Source of the DNA: Nitrospirota bacterium
Lineage (GTDB): Bacteria; Nitrospirota; UBA9217
Assembly: GCA_963740085.1 (NCBI GenBank)
Contig: CAVUCU010000004.1
Span: forward strand, 480,001 to 544,000
DNA length: 64,000 nucleotides
Direction of reading: 5' to 3'
The notes beneath the pieces were generated by a model, which saw only the letters and a program-made list of their open reading frames with translations, was not told where the DNA came from and searched no databases. The translations under genes were made by a program, and so were the position numbers. The number at the start of each line of letters is the position of its first letter. Within the stretch, counting starts at the first letter, position 1. Shown here piece by piece: positions 10,252 to 23,700 of this stretch.

Positions 10252-10677
10252 GCTTCTATAAATTAAATTTAACTCCAACAAGCAGAAAGATAATCGTTCA
10301 TCATACGCTAAATGGTAGCGAATGATCAAATCGCCCGCTCTAGATGTCATGACAACCAATCCAGTAGGTCCGCGAACTCCCCAAGTTTCGTTAGTTTCCT
10401 AATGAACATTAATGATATTGTAACATTCCTTAATAGCTAATGTAACATTGACACTCCCGCTGTGCTGGGCGTTCGCCCGGCGGCTTTTTGAGACCTGTCC
10501 GGGAGATAGAGTTGAGGCCTTTCTTTGTTCAATAGTTTGCAACAAGCCTGCGGACTCGGCCGGAGGCATAGAGTGGGATCTTTTTTCACTTAGCCTCGAT
10601 TATATCGCTTAGAATTTTACCGGTCCGTGGAAATTATGTCGGATTTCAAACACCATGTTTAAAGGAGTCTCTGAAAG

Positions 10678-11773
10678 ATGAAAATCACATTCGTTCTTCC
10701 GTATGCAGGTTTGCAGGGAGGAGTTCGGGTGGTTGCAATCTACGCTGACCGCTTGGCGCGCCGTGGACATAAGGTAGCTGTGATTTCGACACCACAAAAC
10801 ATTTCAATGCGATCGAAGGTGAAGTCGTTTCTATTCGGCCGAGGGTGGAAACGAATGCACCCAGAACCTTCGTATTTCGAGGGTATTAACGTGCAACACC
10901 GTGTACTGGAACAGGTCAGACCGGTGACGGATACGGATGTACCTGATGCAGATGTAGTAGTAGCGACCTATTATACGACTGCTTATGGGGTGCAGGGGCT
11001 CTCTCCTGCGAAAGGCGCGAAAGCGATCTTCATCCAGAACTATGAAGTTGAAGAAGGCAAGCCCAACCCGAAGTTAGACGCGACCTGGCGCATGCCGATG
11101 CACAAGATAACGATATCAAAGTGGTTGGTTCAACTGGCGCGAGAAAAGTTTGGAGATGAGGTCGTTTCCCATGTGCCCAACAGCGTGGATTTGGACCAGT
11201 TTCATGCTGCACCGAGAGAGAAGAGTTCGGTTCCCACGGTTGGAATGCTGTATAACACCTTTTCCCTGAAGGGGTGTGATACCAGCCTCAAGGCACTGAA
11301 ACAGGTGGCTGCAGCACTGCCTTCGATTCGTCTTGTTTGCTTCGGTGCAGAGCATCCGGACTTTAGGTTGCCGCTCCCGCGCTTCGCGGAGTTCCATTAT
11401 CAGCCACAACAGGAAAAAATCAGGGAACTCTATGCACAATGTGATGTGTGGTTGTGCGGGAGCAACGTGGAGGGTTTTCATTTGCCGCCGCTCGAGGCTA
11501 TGGCCTGCAGATGTCCCGTCGTGTCGACTCGTGTTGGAGGGCCGATGGACATCATTGAGGAGGGGGTAAACGGTTATTTAGTCGATGTGAAGGATGTTGG
11601 TGCGCTCGCGGAGCGAACGTTGCGCGTGCTTAAACTTGCCGCGTGAACAATGGAAGCAGATGTCGGATGCCGCTTACGGTACGGCGACCCGCTTCACATG
11701 GGATGATGCAACGGACCTGTTTGAAAAGGCATTGGAACTTGCCATAGAGCGGGGCAGGCGCGGCGATTTGTAA
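10678..11773 (+). CDS. Glycosyltransferase family 4; frameshift near 11640
   Basis: GGVRV, RGHKV, EGFHLPPLEAMACRCPVVSTRVGG (EX7E motif); tail RFTWD in another frame. Confidence 0.9.
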
Positions 11774-11847
11774 ATGCGTTAATGTTTACTTGTGCGGCAT
11801 ATCTTTAACACAATCCAGCTTATCAGCCCTGATCGTGATAGAAAATT

Positions 11848-13853
<2,006 letters not shown>

Positions 13854-13869
13854 CAAAATCAGTGATCCC

Positions 13870-15081
13870 TTAAAGGGCGATCGGATATAAATCAGAGGTG
13901 CGGATCAGATCATGAAGCGTCCGTCTTATTAATTCGCGAAACATTGGAAGAGCATATTCAAGAAGATACACTCCCACGGCGGTTCCCAGTATATTGCTGA
14001 TAACATCCATGAGAGAAGAGTCTCGCGTGGGAAGATATGCCTGCGTCAACTCGATTGCAAGGCTGAAAGATGCCAAGAAGAATAGAGAAGAGGTATGCGC
14101 GTGTTGCCTGAGGTTCTTTGTTTAATAGTAACCAGGCTGAAAGAAAAAATCCGAAGAGGAATAAAGCCGACAATATTGAAAGACAATATCATTCATGTTG
14201 GAACGGCTGAAAAATTGGTCTTTCGCTGGCATGCCGAGGACCGTTCTGTGCATCGGTTGAAAGACGCCAGGGATCATCAGATCATACCCATGCCTGAGTA
14301 ATCGTCGAACCAGTTCCCCACGGCGCTCATTGAAAAGGTACAAGGCAGACGGCATGGTCGGTCCTTAAATTTCCCGGCTAATTTGTTTGAAGCGTCCTTT
14401 GAGGCAAGAACCGTTTTGCCGCCAGACAAGGTAATTAGCCCGGACTTCTTCGTTGCGCAGAGCCCGATCATAGACTGCCAGGCCGAAAAAAGAGCCATTC
14501 CATGGGTGTGTTCCATCGGGGGAATTCCCGAGAATAAGGCGTCCTGATAGCCCTTTACCAAAAGGGAGAAGAGAAAAGTACCGGGTACAATTTTCTCATG
14601 ATGTTCCGTCGATATAAATAGCTGTTGACCCTTTATCTGAAACCAAGGTAATAAAATGCGTCGCATCTCTTGTAAGGCATTGGCAATGCCGATCTCGCGA
14701 TAGCGTTTCTGTTATTGTCGAGCGTTGATAGCAGATACTCGAATGATCAGTTCTGATATCCACTGGCCCGCCATAAACAAGTTCGCGTATCATGATCATA
14801 AATGGTGACTAATGACGCAACGGTATTGGTACTTTCCTCATGAGGGCGGACCAATATCTCGATGCTGATGGAATCAGTTACTCGAATGACCGCGTCCGAA
14901 ATTCAGGCGGTTGCCGGCTCACAACCATGCCCTGACCGTAAAAACGGATCCCATTCCTGTTCTGTAACCACTCCACCTTGTTTGCAGGATTCAAATCGAA
15001 CGGCCAGAGCGGTACCAGAAACCGTGCGAATGAAGAGGTAGATGACGCGGTATGTTCTACCGAGAGCAACGGCGATGCCAT
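13870..15081 (-). CDS. Membrane protein with a LamG-like periplasmic domain and a C-terminal VanZ domain; multiple frameshifts
   Basis: Pieces LWPFDLNPANKVEWL, THFITLVSDKGSTAIYIDG, ALYLFNERRG and SLAIELTQAYLPTRDSSLMDVISNILG (VanZ motif). Confidence 0.65.
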
Positions 15082-15197
15082 TATGGGATCTTTCAGTAGA
15101 TAAGTTTTGTTTAACAGTGAGCAATTCAGGAAACCGTTTCCTATACGTATTGGTAAAGACGGGGCAAGTAAAAACAGGATAGAGATCTAAACAGCGA

Positions 15198-15752
15198 ATG
15201 AACAGGAACAAACGACATCTCAATTTAAAAGAACACGGCCGCTCTCCGCGAGCAGTGGTATCTGAACAGGAACCGGCTTTTTCTCTTGTTCAATGTTGTG
15301 TTTGTTGCGACATTTTTAAGCTCATTGCGGTACCTTGTGCAAACGTCACTGCGTAGCTATTATGACACCTACATCCCGTTCATTCCGTTCATCACTGCAT
15401 ACTCTGATCTGAAATGGAAAAGAAAGATATCTTTTCCTATAAGGATTTTCCACCTGTTGTCGGGCTGCCTGTCGCCAGCATCGGCATCCTGCTTCTGTTC
15501 ATCGCCAGAAAGCAGGAACCCCTTCTCGAAAACCGTGACTCCCTTGCCATTATGACGTTATCGGTGGTCGTGTGCTGCAATCGGCGCATTCGCTTTGGTT
15601 TACGGCGTCAGGTCTTTACGTGCCGCGGCGTTCCCGCTGCTGTTTCTGCTTTTCGCTGTGCCGATCCGAAACACTGATTTTAAAGGACTATTTTTATTCT
15701 CCGATTAGGCTCCGCTGAAGTCGCCTACAGGTTCCTGCAGGCGACCGGCATG
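15198..15752 (+). pseudogene. Exosortase-family protein, N-terminal fragment (truncated, frameshifted)
   Basis: YYDTYIPFIPFITAY, ..RAAAFPLLFLLFAVPIP.. and GSAEVAYRFLQATGM match exosortase N-terminal helices; the catalytic Cys region is absent. Confidence 0.6.
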
Positions 15753-15825
15753 TTTCTCCGTGGTTAAGTTTCACTGTTCTCTGTGGTTGGTTTTGACAAT
15801 ATAATAGAAAAAAAGGAGATAGAAA

Positions 15826-17132
15826 ATGACACTTCTGGAAAAAATTGAAAGCGCAATGCAACAATAGGTGTTATCGGTCTTGGTTATGTCGGTCTCCCTC
15901 TTGTCATCCAGTTTGTGAAGGCAGGATACGAATCAATCGGTTTTGATGTGGACGATGAAAAGATCAAATACCTGCATGCGGGGAAGACCTACATCAAACA
16001 CATTCCCATCGAGGAAGTAAGGCTGCTAAAGAGACAATGATAATTTCATGGGCACAACCGACTTTTCATTGCTGAAAAAAGCGGACTGCATCATCATCTG
16101 TGTTCCGACACCACTGGGAAAGCACCATGAGCCGGACCTCTCCTTTGTCCTGGATACGACAAAAGTGATTGCGAAGCACCTCCGAAGGGGCAGCTTATCG
16201 TGCTTGAATCCACGACCTATCCGGGGACGACAGATGAGGATATGAGGACAATACTCGAAAAAACCGGGTTGAAGGCGGGCAAGGATTTTTATCTCGCGTT
16301 TTCTCCAGAACGGGAAGATCCCAATAATAAGGATTATTCGACTAGCACGATTCCCAAGGTGGTGGGTGGTTATACGCCGTCCTGTCTTGAGGTAGCCAAG
16401 GCACTTTATGACTCTGTTGTTGTGAAAACCGTAACCGTATCATCAACCAGGGCGGCGGAGGCCACGAAACTGCTTGAAAATATCTATCGCGCCGTGAACA
16501 TTGCCATGATAAACGAACTCAAGATGATCTTTGACCGGATGGATATCGACATTTGGGAGGTCATCAATGCGGCAAAGACGAAACCCTTTGGATTTCAGGC
16601 CTTCTATCCCGGACCTGGCCTGGGAGGGCACTGTATTCCCATTGATCCCTTTTATCTGACCTGGAAGGCGCGCGAGTATGGTTTTCATACCAAGTTCATT
16701 GAACTGGCCGGGGAGATCAATACGCACATGCCCTATTACGTCGTGGAGAAGGTCATCGGCGCTCTCAATTCCAAAAAGAAGACCATCAAATCATCCAAGG
16801 TACTCATCCTCGGCCTCGCGTACAAGAAAGACATTGACGATACGCGGGAGTCGCCGTCACTGAAGATCATCGAGCTCTTGATGGAGAAGGGCGCGCACGT
16901 TGATTTCAATGATCCTTATATTGCGAAGACCAAAAAGATGCGAATGTACGATCTCAGAAAGAAGTCAGTACCGCTTAACAAAGAAACGCTTAAAAAATAC
17001 GACTGTGTCGTGGTCGCCACCGATCATTCCTCATACGATTATGAATTTATTCTCAAGCACGCGTCGTTGGTCGTGGACACCCGGAATGCAATGAATGGCC
17101 TTGCAAATAACAAATCCGTAGTAAAGGCGTAA
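15826..17132 (+). CDS. Nucleotide-sugar 6-dehydrogenase (WbpA/WecC-like); frameshifts in the 5' part
   Basis: IGLGYVGLPL, ICVPTP, LESTTYPGTT, FSPERED, PGPGLGGHCIPIDP, LGLAYKKDIDDTRESP. Confidence 0.9.
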
Positions 17133-17134
17133 AC

Positions 17135-19198
17135 ATGTTCGAGATGGTCCTGTCATACATAGCAGTACTGGTCCTGGCGACATCCGGCATCTTTGCCATG
17201 CTAAAGCAGAGAACTGTAGTCAATGCTCTTTTGCTGATAACTGTTCTGCTCCTTGCAGGCATTGTTATGTTCGATCAACTATCGTTGCAGTCATCCGTCA
17301 ATTATGAGAAGTTCAAGCAGATATCTCTCTACCTCGAGGCGTTCTTGCCCGGTTCTGTTCTGTTTTTAGCCTTTATGTATGGCCGCAGCAGACCTTTTGA
17401 GTCGTTGTCAAAGATCCGTCTCGGACTCATGGCCGTCCTGGTCCTGTTTCCGCTAGCAATAGTACTTCTCGTTGGAAACGATCTCTATTCTTCCCCAGAC
17501 TTTCAGAATCAAAGAGTCCTGCTCCTTGGGAGTGAGGGCTATTGGTATTATATCGGAATCATGCTTTCGCTCATCGTTTCCTTGGCAAGCGTTGAGGCCA
17601 CTCTTGCTGCGACGCACGGAATTGCACGGAACCGGATGAAATTCGAGGCGATCGGGATCATGAGCCTGTTTGCGGTCCTGATCTTTTATTACAGCCAGGG
17701 ACTTCTGTACCGGACCATAAACATGAACCTGATGCCAATACGGTCGAGCGTCTTTATCTTTGCTGCGTTCCTGATCGGTTATTCACATGCCTTCCGGGGG
17801 AGCGGGACGCGTGTCTCCATATCACGGCATATCCTGTACCGTTCTATTACGCTGCTGGTCGTAGGTGTTTATCTGCTTGTTCTTGGTCTTGTCGGCGAGG
17901 GAATGAAGTATTTTGGCGTCAAGTTCGGCAGGGACTTGACCATTATTCTGGCATTTGCTGGAGCTATCATGCTTCTGGTCATCCTTTTTTCTGAAAGAAT
18001 TCGGAGAAGGACGAAGGTCTATATTAACAAACATTTTTACGCGGGCAACAAGCATGACTACCGGGAGGAGTGGATAAAGCTGACAAGCCGGTTTTCGTCG
18101 TGTGCAGCGCTCAGCGACGTTCAGGAGGCCATTCTAACGGTTTTCGTGGAGACATTCGGAGTTGCGGGCGCGTCGCTGTATCTTCTGAGCCGGGAAGAGA
18201 GTCGCTATATTCGTGTTTCTGAACTGTCCATGCCCAAAAGCCCGGTCGAGATACGCATATCCGGGGATCTCTATAATTATTTTGCGCAACGTGAGCGTGT
18301 CTTGAATCTCACTGATGGTGAATTTCCGCTCTCAGAGTCCGAACAGTCGAGCTTCAGCCAGGCCGGCGCCTGGCTGGTCATACCGCTGATCAGCAATAAT
18401 AAGGTCATCGGGCTTGCTATGTTCAGGGAACATATCGTTCCTGAGATGCTTATTTATGATGATTTTGATCTTATGAAAGTTCTGGCAAGGCAGGCGGCCC
18501 AGGCGATCACGAATCTCAGGCTTTCGGAAGAGGTAAGCGAAATGCGGGCCATGGCCGCGGTGTCAAAAGTAACCACCTTTGTCATCCATGATCTTAAAAA
18601 TCTGACGACCAGTCTTTCCCTTTTTGTTGATAATGCCGAAGAACATATCAATAATCCTGATTTTCAAAAAGATACTATTACCACGATGAAAAATTCTCTC
18701 TTAAAAATGAAAAGCCTCATGCAGCGTCTCAAGTCAATACCCGAGAAGATCACGCTCAATGCAGAGGTGATCAATATCGACCTTTTGTCCCGGGAAGTCG
18801 CCGGTGAGTTCGCAAAGTTGAAACCAGAGACGCGTCGTATATAACGGCGAACCGGCATTTTCGCGCGTCGATGGAGAAGAAATTAAAAAGGTCATCGTGA
18901 ATCTTCTTCAGAACGCCCTTGAGGCAGGTAATGAAAAGGGGACCGTTCTGGTGGAAACATGCAAGGAGCAATGGAAGTGTCTTTATCCGAGATTTCCGAT
19001 TCCGGCAAGGGAATGACGGAAGACTATTTAAAGAACCATCTATTCAGGCCATTCAGGACCACAAAGGAAACGGGGCTTGGCATCGGACTGTACCAGTGCA
19101 GGCAGATCATCGAAGCCCATGATGGCAAGATCGAGGTCAAGAGCGATATCGGGAAAGGGACGGTTTTCACGATCAGCCTGCCTGCCGCGGATAGGTAG
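17135..19198 (+). CDS. prsK: PEP-CTERM system histidine kinase PrsK; frameshifts near 18840 and 18990
   Basis: Multi-TM N-terminus, KHFY..KHDYREEW, GAF domain, FVIHDLKN H-box, LFRPFRTTKETGLGIGLYQCRQIIEAH. Confidence 0.88.
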
Positions 19199-19207
19199 TG
19201 GATAGGT

Positions 19208-19274
19208 GTAGCCGCAAACTTCAGTTTGCGCGGTTTTCAAAGAATTATATGCGCAGGCTAAAGCCTGCGGCTAC
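19208..19274. repeat. REP-like inverted doublet (GTAG-headed palindromes)
   Basis: gtagccgcaaacttcagtttgcg ... cgcaggctaaagcctgcggctac. Confidence 0.7.
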
Positions 19275-19420
19275 CTCCAGAAGATGCTTTAAAAAAGAAG
19301 GTTTATGTTTGTGGCTCTTCCGATTTTGATGTGGGTCGCTTTTATCTGTTCTTAAATCAGTTCCTGATGAGCAAATCGTATTTATTGCACATCCCCTTCG
19401 CGTCCTGAACGATATTGTTG

Positions 19421-19884
19421 ACCCGTCTAAGGCCACGTCCGCTCGCCCGCGTAAACTCGGCCTTCGGCCTCAGACACCGTGCTCTTGCGATAACGCTGGT
19501 GCAGGCAGTATCACGTTCTGTGGGACGCTTCCTTAGGCCAAGACGGGTGCCCAAAAATATCGCCTGCGCCCAGCGATTACGAGTGGAACCGCGAGTGCAG
19601 GGTGTAAGGGTCGCTCCGGGGACGTGCGGGGTTGGGTAAAGATCTGAACGAAATTCTTACTGGTTCCCCATGCGAAAATTTAGCTAGGCGACCAAGTCCG
19701 AGGGTGAAGCATTTCGAAGGACTGCCTGCACCCAGCGTTTACGAGTGCAACGCGCGAGTGCAGGGCGTCTGAGCCCGCAGGGCGAGTTTCCGAAATGTAC
19801 CGAGGACGACCGAGCATGGCGTAAAGGATTTTCGCCGGGTGCCCTTCTTTGGGTCACCTTTCTTGGGCACGCAAGAAAGGTGAC
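19421..19884. repeat. Pair of oppositely oriented structured repeat elements (MITE-like)
   Basis: aaactcggccttcggcctcagac (19453) versus the inverse gtctgagcccgcagggcgagttt (19767); 13-bp terminal hairpin at 19853-19884. Confidence 0.55.
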
Positions 19885-19948
19885 AATAAATAGAGAAAGA
19901 GTTTTGTAATGCAGCATAAAATAGCCTAAAGATGCTTAGACCATCCAC

Positions 19949-20341
19949 ATGAAAATCGGAAGATTTACATTTGTTTTATGCGCCGCGGCCTGGATGTCCC
20001 TGATATTTTACCTGTCTTCCATTCCGGGAGCGCAGTTGGGTCCCGATACCCTGGTAGTCAACACGATCAAGAAGTTGGGTCACCTGTTCATTTTTGGCGT
20101 CCTTGCCGTCTTGTATCTTTTCGCGCTCAAGGGAAGGAAGTCTCTCCTGGAAACGCGCATTCACATTTTCGCGTTGAGTTTTATTCTTGTCTTGCTCTAT
20201 GCAGTCACCGATGAGTTTCACCAATCGTTCACTCCCGGACGGCATGCGACGGTCAAAGACGTGGTCATTGATGCGGCCGGGGCGATCTTATGTCTCGGTT
20301 CGCTGTATAGAGTAAAATCCGGGAACTACTTCAGGTTGTAG
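19949..20341 (+). CDS. VanZ-family membrane protein
   Basis: WMSLIFYLSS, KLGHLFIFGVL, YAVTDEFHQSFTPGR...DVVID. Confidence 0.9.
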   Translation: MKIGRFTFVLCAAAWMSLIFYLSSIPGAQLGPDTLVVNTIKKLGHLFIFGVLAVLYLFALKGRKSLLETRIHIFALSFILVLLYAVTDEFHQSFTPGRHATVKDVVIDAAGAILCLGSLYRVKSGNYFRL

Positions 20342-20380
20342 GACGAAGTTACCCCGAATTGTATCAAAATAAAAACACGG

Positions 20381-20597
20381 TTAACCGCAAAGAACACAGG
20401 GAACTCAAAGGGTGGGAGATACGAGAGACATAAAATCGTTATGCGATCAGATACGGCAGATTACTACAAACCAAAGTTGATCAGCAGGCCATGCTCAATG
20501 CGCGAAGACTTAAGATAGCCTACATGAATGCATGACCTGGAACTTTATTGAATTCATGTCCCATTAACTTTGTGATCTTTGTGTTCTTTGCGGTTAA
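20381..20597. repeat. 30-bp imperfect inverted arms enclosing a decayed ORF
   Basis: ttaaccgcaaagaacacagggaactcaaag / ctttgtgatctttgtgttctttgcggttaa (26 of 30 complementary). Confidence 0.8.
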
Positions 20598-20637
20598 ATT
20601 GAGCCGTCATAAATAGATACAATCGAGGATTATTGCC

Positions 20638-22101
20638 ATGGAAAAACTGTTGATCATAGATGATAACGAAGAGATACGGACCCAGCTGAAATGGGGCTTT
20701 AGCAAGGAATATACGTTGGTCCTTGCCAAGGATGGAAAGGAAGCACTTGCCCAGTACAAAAAGAATGGCCCGCGGGTTGCGACCCTGGACCTGGGTCTCC
20801 CGCCACATGAGAATGGGACCGAGGAAGGGTTCCGCTGTCTTCAGGAAATGCTCCGGCATAACCCCTCGACTAAAGTTATTGTCATAACGGGCAATGATCA
20901 GCGGGAAATTGCCCTCAAGGCCATTCATCTGGGGGCCTATGACTTTTATCAGAAACCGATAAACCTTGAAGAGCTTAAGGTCATCGTCCGAAGGGCATTT
21001 CACCTTTCCGCCCTTGAAGAACAGAATCGCTCGTTATACAATGCCCTTGAACGACAGACCACTCCATTCGGCGGCATGATCGGCCAGTGTCCGGAGATGC
21101 AAGAGGTGTTTTCCACCATGCGGAAGATCGCATCTTCGGATGCCGCCGTCCTTGTCCAGGGAGAGAGCGGCACGGGAAAGGAACTGGTTGCACGGGCGAT
21201 CCACGCCATGAGTCTGCGCAAGGACGGCGCCTTCGTGCCCATTAACTGCGGTGCGATCCCGGAGACTCTTCTTGAACCCGAGCTGTTCGGTCATGAGAAA
21301 GGTTCATTCACCGGGGCTCATGCTCAAGTACAGGGAAAGGTGGAGTATGCACAGAATGGAACGCTTTTTCTTGATGAAATCGCGGAACTTCCCGCCCAGC
21401 TTCAGGTGAAGTTGCTTCGCTTTCTCCAGGACAAGACCATTCAACGTGTAGGAGGCAGAGAAGATATTGCGGTCAACACAAGGATCCTCGCTGCAACGAA
21501 CAAGGACCTGGTAAAGGAAATAGGGTTGGGGAGATTCAGGGAAGACCTTTACTACAGGCTTGGGGTGGTCTTGATAAAGGTCCCGCCGCTCCGGGAACGA
21601 AAAGGGGATATCATGGTCCTTGCGACCTTTTTTTTGAAGCGATATTGCGACCTGTATACCAGGAGAATACGAGGATTCAACGCCTATGCCCTCGAAAGCA
21701 TGGAGACATATGAATGGCCTGGAAATATACGGGAACTCGAAAATAAGATCCAGAGGGCCGTCCTTTTATCAGAAGGACCAATGATCGAACCCCGTGATCT
21801 CGGGTTTGATGCAAAGTTGATGACCCAGAGGACGATTGATCCGGATATCAGGACGCTGAAGGAAGCCAAGGATAAAGTAGAAAAGGAAATGGTAATGTTC
21901 GCGCTCGACAGGTATGGTGGAAACATTGCAAAATCAGCGGAAGAGCTGGGGGTCAGCAGACCGACCTTGTATGACGTCATGAAAAAGCATGGGCTCTATA
22001 ACGGAACGGCTCATCAGGAGAACGGGAACGGGAGCCCTGACAATCGGCAGGATCTGCTGCCGGCAGCAGCGGTAAAGAAAAACGGGGAGAGCGACGGTTA
22101 G
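20638..22101 (+). CDS. prsR: PEP-CTERM-box sigma-54 response regulator PrsR
   Basis: Receiver domain with TLDLGLPP, GESGTGKE, GSFTGA, LFLDEI, WPGNIRELEN, Fis-type HTH; downstream of prsK. Confidence 0.88.
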   Translation: MEKLLIIDDNEEIRTQLKWGFSKEYTLVLAKDGKEALAQYKKNGPRVATLDLGLPPHENGTEEGFRCLQEMLRHNPSTKVIVITGNDQREIALKAIHLGAYDFYQKPINLEELKVIVRRAFHLSALEEQNRSLYNALERQTTPFGGMIGQCPEMQEVFSTMRKIASSDAAVLVQGESGTGKELVARAIHAMSLRKDGAFVPINCGAIPETLLEPELFGHEKGSFTGAHAQVQGKVEYAQNGTLFLDEIAELPAQLQVKLLRFLQDKTIQRVGGREDIAVNTRILAATNKDLVKEIGLGRFREDLYYRLGVVLIKVPPLRERKGDIMVLATFFLKRYCDLYTRRIRGFNAYALESMETYEWPGNIRELENKIQRAVLLSEGPMIEPRDLGFDAKLMTQRTIDPDIRTLKEAKDKVEKEMVMFALDRYGGNIAKSAEELGVSRPTLYDVMKKHGLYNGTAHQENGNGSPDNRQDLLPAAAVKKNGESDG

Positions 22102-22569
22102 TTGAGGTACCTGCTCACTTCATTTGAGGGATTGCTTTCCCTGTTTGCTGAATCCACAGCCGTGACGACAAAATAGTACGTGCCGGTTCCCTGAGAAATA
22201 AGGTCTTTTGGTTTTATACTTGTTGTCTGAGCAGGCACTGTGTAGTAATTTCCTGTAGAATAGGGGCCGGACGACGTGCTGTAATAAACCCTGTATTCCT
22301 TGAGGTCAAGCAACGCGCTGCCATCAGAGTATGTTGTCGGTGCATCCCATGCTAACGGCTGGGGCGGGTGTTGTGGTATCGGGGGTTGTAGTATCGGGGG
22401 TTGTAGAATCGGGGGTTGTCGAGTTGGGAGTTGACGACGAGGTGTCTTTAGCATTATAGCTTGCATCGTTTTTATTGCACCCAGAAATAGACAACCCTGA
22501 AACAATAATGGCAAGGACTGCGAATAACGATATAATGGGAATAGAAAATATTCTAACTTTGTGATGCAT
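22098..22569 (-). CDS. Lipoprotein with a fibronectin type III-like domain; frameshift near 22355
   Basis: Lipobox-like LSISGC, TTPD linker, then LAWDAPTT...YRVYY...YYFVVTAVDSANRESNPSNEV. Confidence 0.75.
22366..22440 (-). repeat. Five 15-bp coding tandem repeats (Thr-Thr-Pro-Asp linker)
   Basis: gggggttgtagtatc-like units. Confidence 0.8.
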
Positions 22570-22761
22570 CAGAGCCTCCTTTCAGGGAGTTGGATCGGGG
22601 TCGTTTATAAATTCGCTGTTATGCATAGTAAATAATAAAGTGTCGAATGTCAACTCTTCTTTGATATTTTACGATAAATTTAGGCTTCCGCATTGAATCA
22701 TAATGAAGACCATGATTGATTTACAGAAAGATTATAATACTTAAGTCTCCATAAATGAAGG

Positions 22762-23700
22762 GTGCAAAAAATGATTATGCGATCGTTATTGATGTTCATA
22801 TTAGTGACAGGGGCATCTCATTCCGCTTTTGCCGCACCGATCGAAGTTCAATCGATCCGGATAGCTCCTGCTGAAATCATAGCCGGAACCCATCCGGAAA
22901 TTACAGGGAAGATCAGAGCACATAAATTTCGTTCTCCAAGCAAGACCCTGAAAATAGTCGTGGTTGCTGCAGTGGTTCAGCCGGATCATGTCGTGAAATC
23001 GTGGACATGGAAGAAGGTAAGCCTGCGGTCTGGTGAGATCAGATATTTTACCATACCGAAGAAATTCCTGACGAAATTGCCTGGGACCTATAAAGTGGAT
23101 TTCAATGTGTATTCCAGGGACATGAAACCGTTGCACAGTCTCTCTAAAACATTTGTCGCCGTCGCTCAAAAGCCTCAGCACGAGAAACCGGCAACTCCAA
23201 CGGAAGAAAGTTTGCTTATTCAACCGACTCCTGTACAGGCGACTGGCCGCCCGCTTGAATACCCGCGCTTCGGCGTCGGTCTTTATGCTGATACCCTGCA
23301 CAATACTGGAGGGGCAACGATGCTCCTGTGGCCGTTCAAGCATGTGGGGCTGCAGGTCATTTACACGGGAGGGTCGTTTACTATCGCTGAAGGCCGGATC
23401 CTCTTGCGGTTTCCGTTCTCATCAGGGATCACACCGTATCTGGGCGCCGGGTATTTGAATGTTACCACGGAACGGTCAGTGGAGAACATAGGTCTCAAGA
23501 CCAAATTCCAGGACAGTGGTGTGAGCGGCGTGATCGGCATCGAGATCCCGCTGGGGAAAAGAGTTTTCGCATCCGCCGAAGTTAGCGGCGCGTCAATTGA
23601 CCTGAAAAAAGAGGTGAACAGTGGGGCGATAAGCGGGACCGCTTCTGTCAAGTACACACCCGTTACCATCGGGATAAGCATAGGTTATTATCTGTTTTGA
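22762..23700 (+). CDS. Exported protein with a C-terminal outer-membrane beta-barrel-like domain
   Basis: Signal peptide, PYLGAGY, alternating strands, terminal aromatic GYYLF. Confidence 0.6.
   Translation: MQKMIMRSLLMFILVTGASHSAFAAPIEVQSIRIAPAEIIAGTHPEITGKIRAHKFRSPSKTLKIVVVAAVVQPDHVVKSWTWKKVSLRSGEIRYFTIPKKFLTKLPGTYKVDFNVYSRDMKPLHSLSKTFVAVAQKPQHEKPATPTEESLLIQPTPVQATGRPLEYPRFGVGLYADTLHNTGGATMLLWPFKHVGLQVIYTGGSFTIAEGRILLRFPFSSGITPYLGAGYLNVTTERSVENIGLKTKFQDSGVSGVIGIEIPLGKRVFASAEVSGASIDLKKEVNSGAISGTASVKYTPVTIGISIGYYLF

Noticed and set aside
10380-10610. IS remnant (repeated tgtaacatt; HSMPPAE on the minus strand)
   Set aside because: Similarity to an IS3-type C-terminus is too short, and no paired terminal repeat was found.
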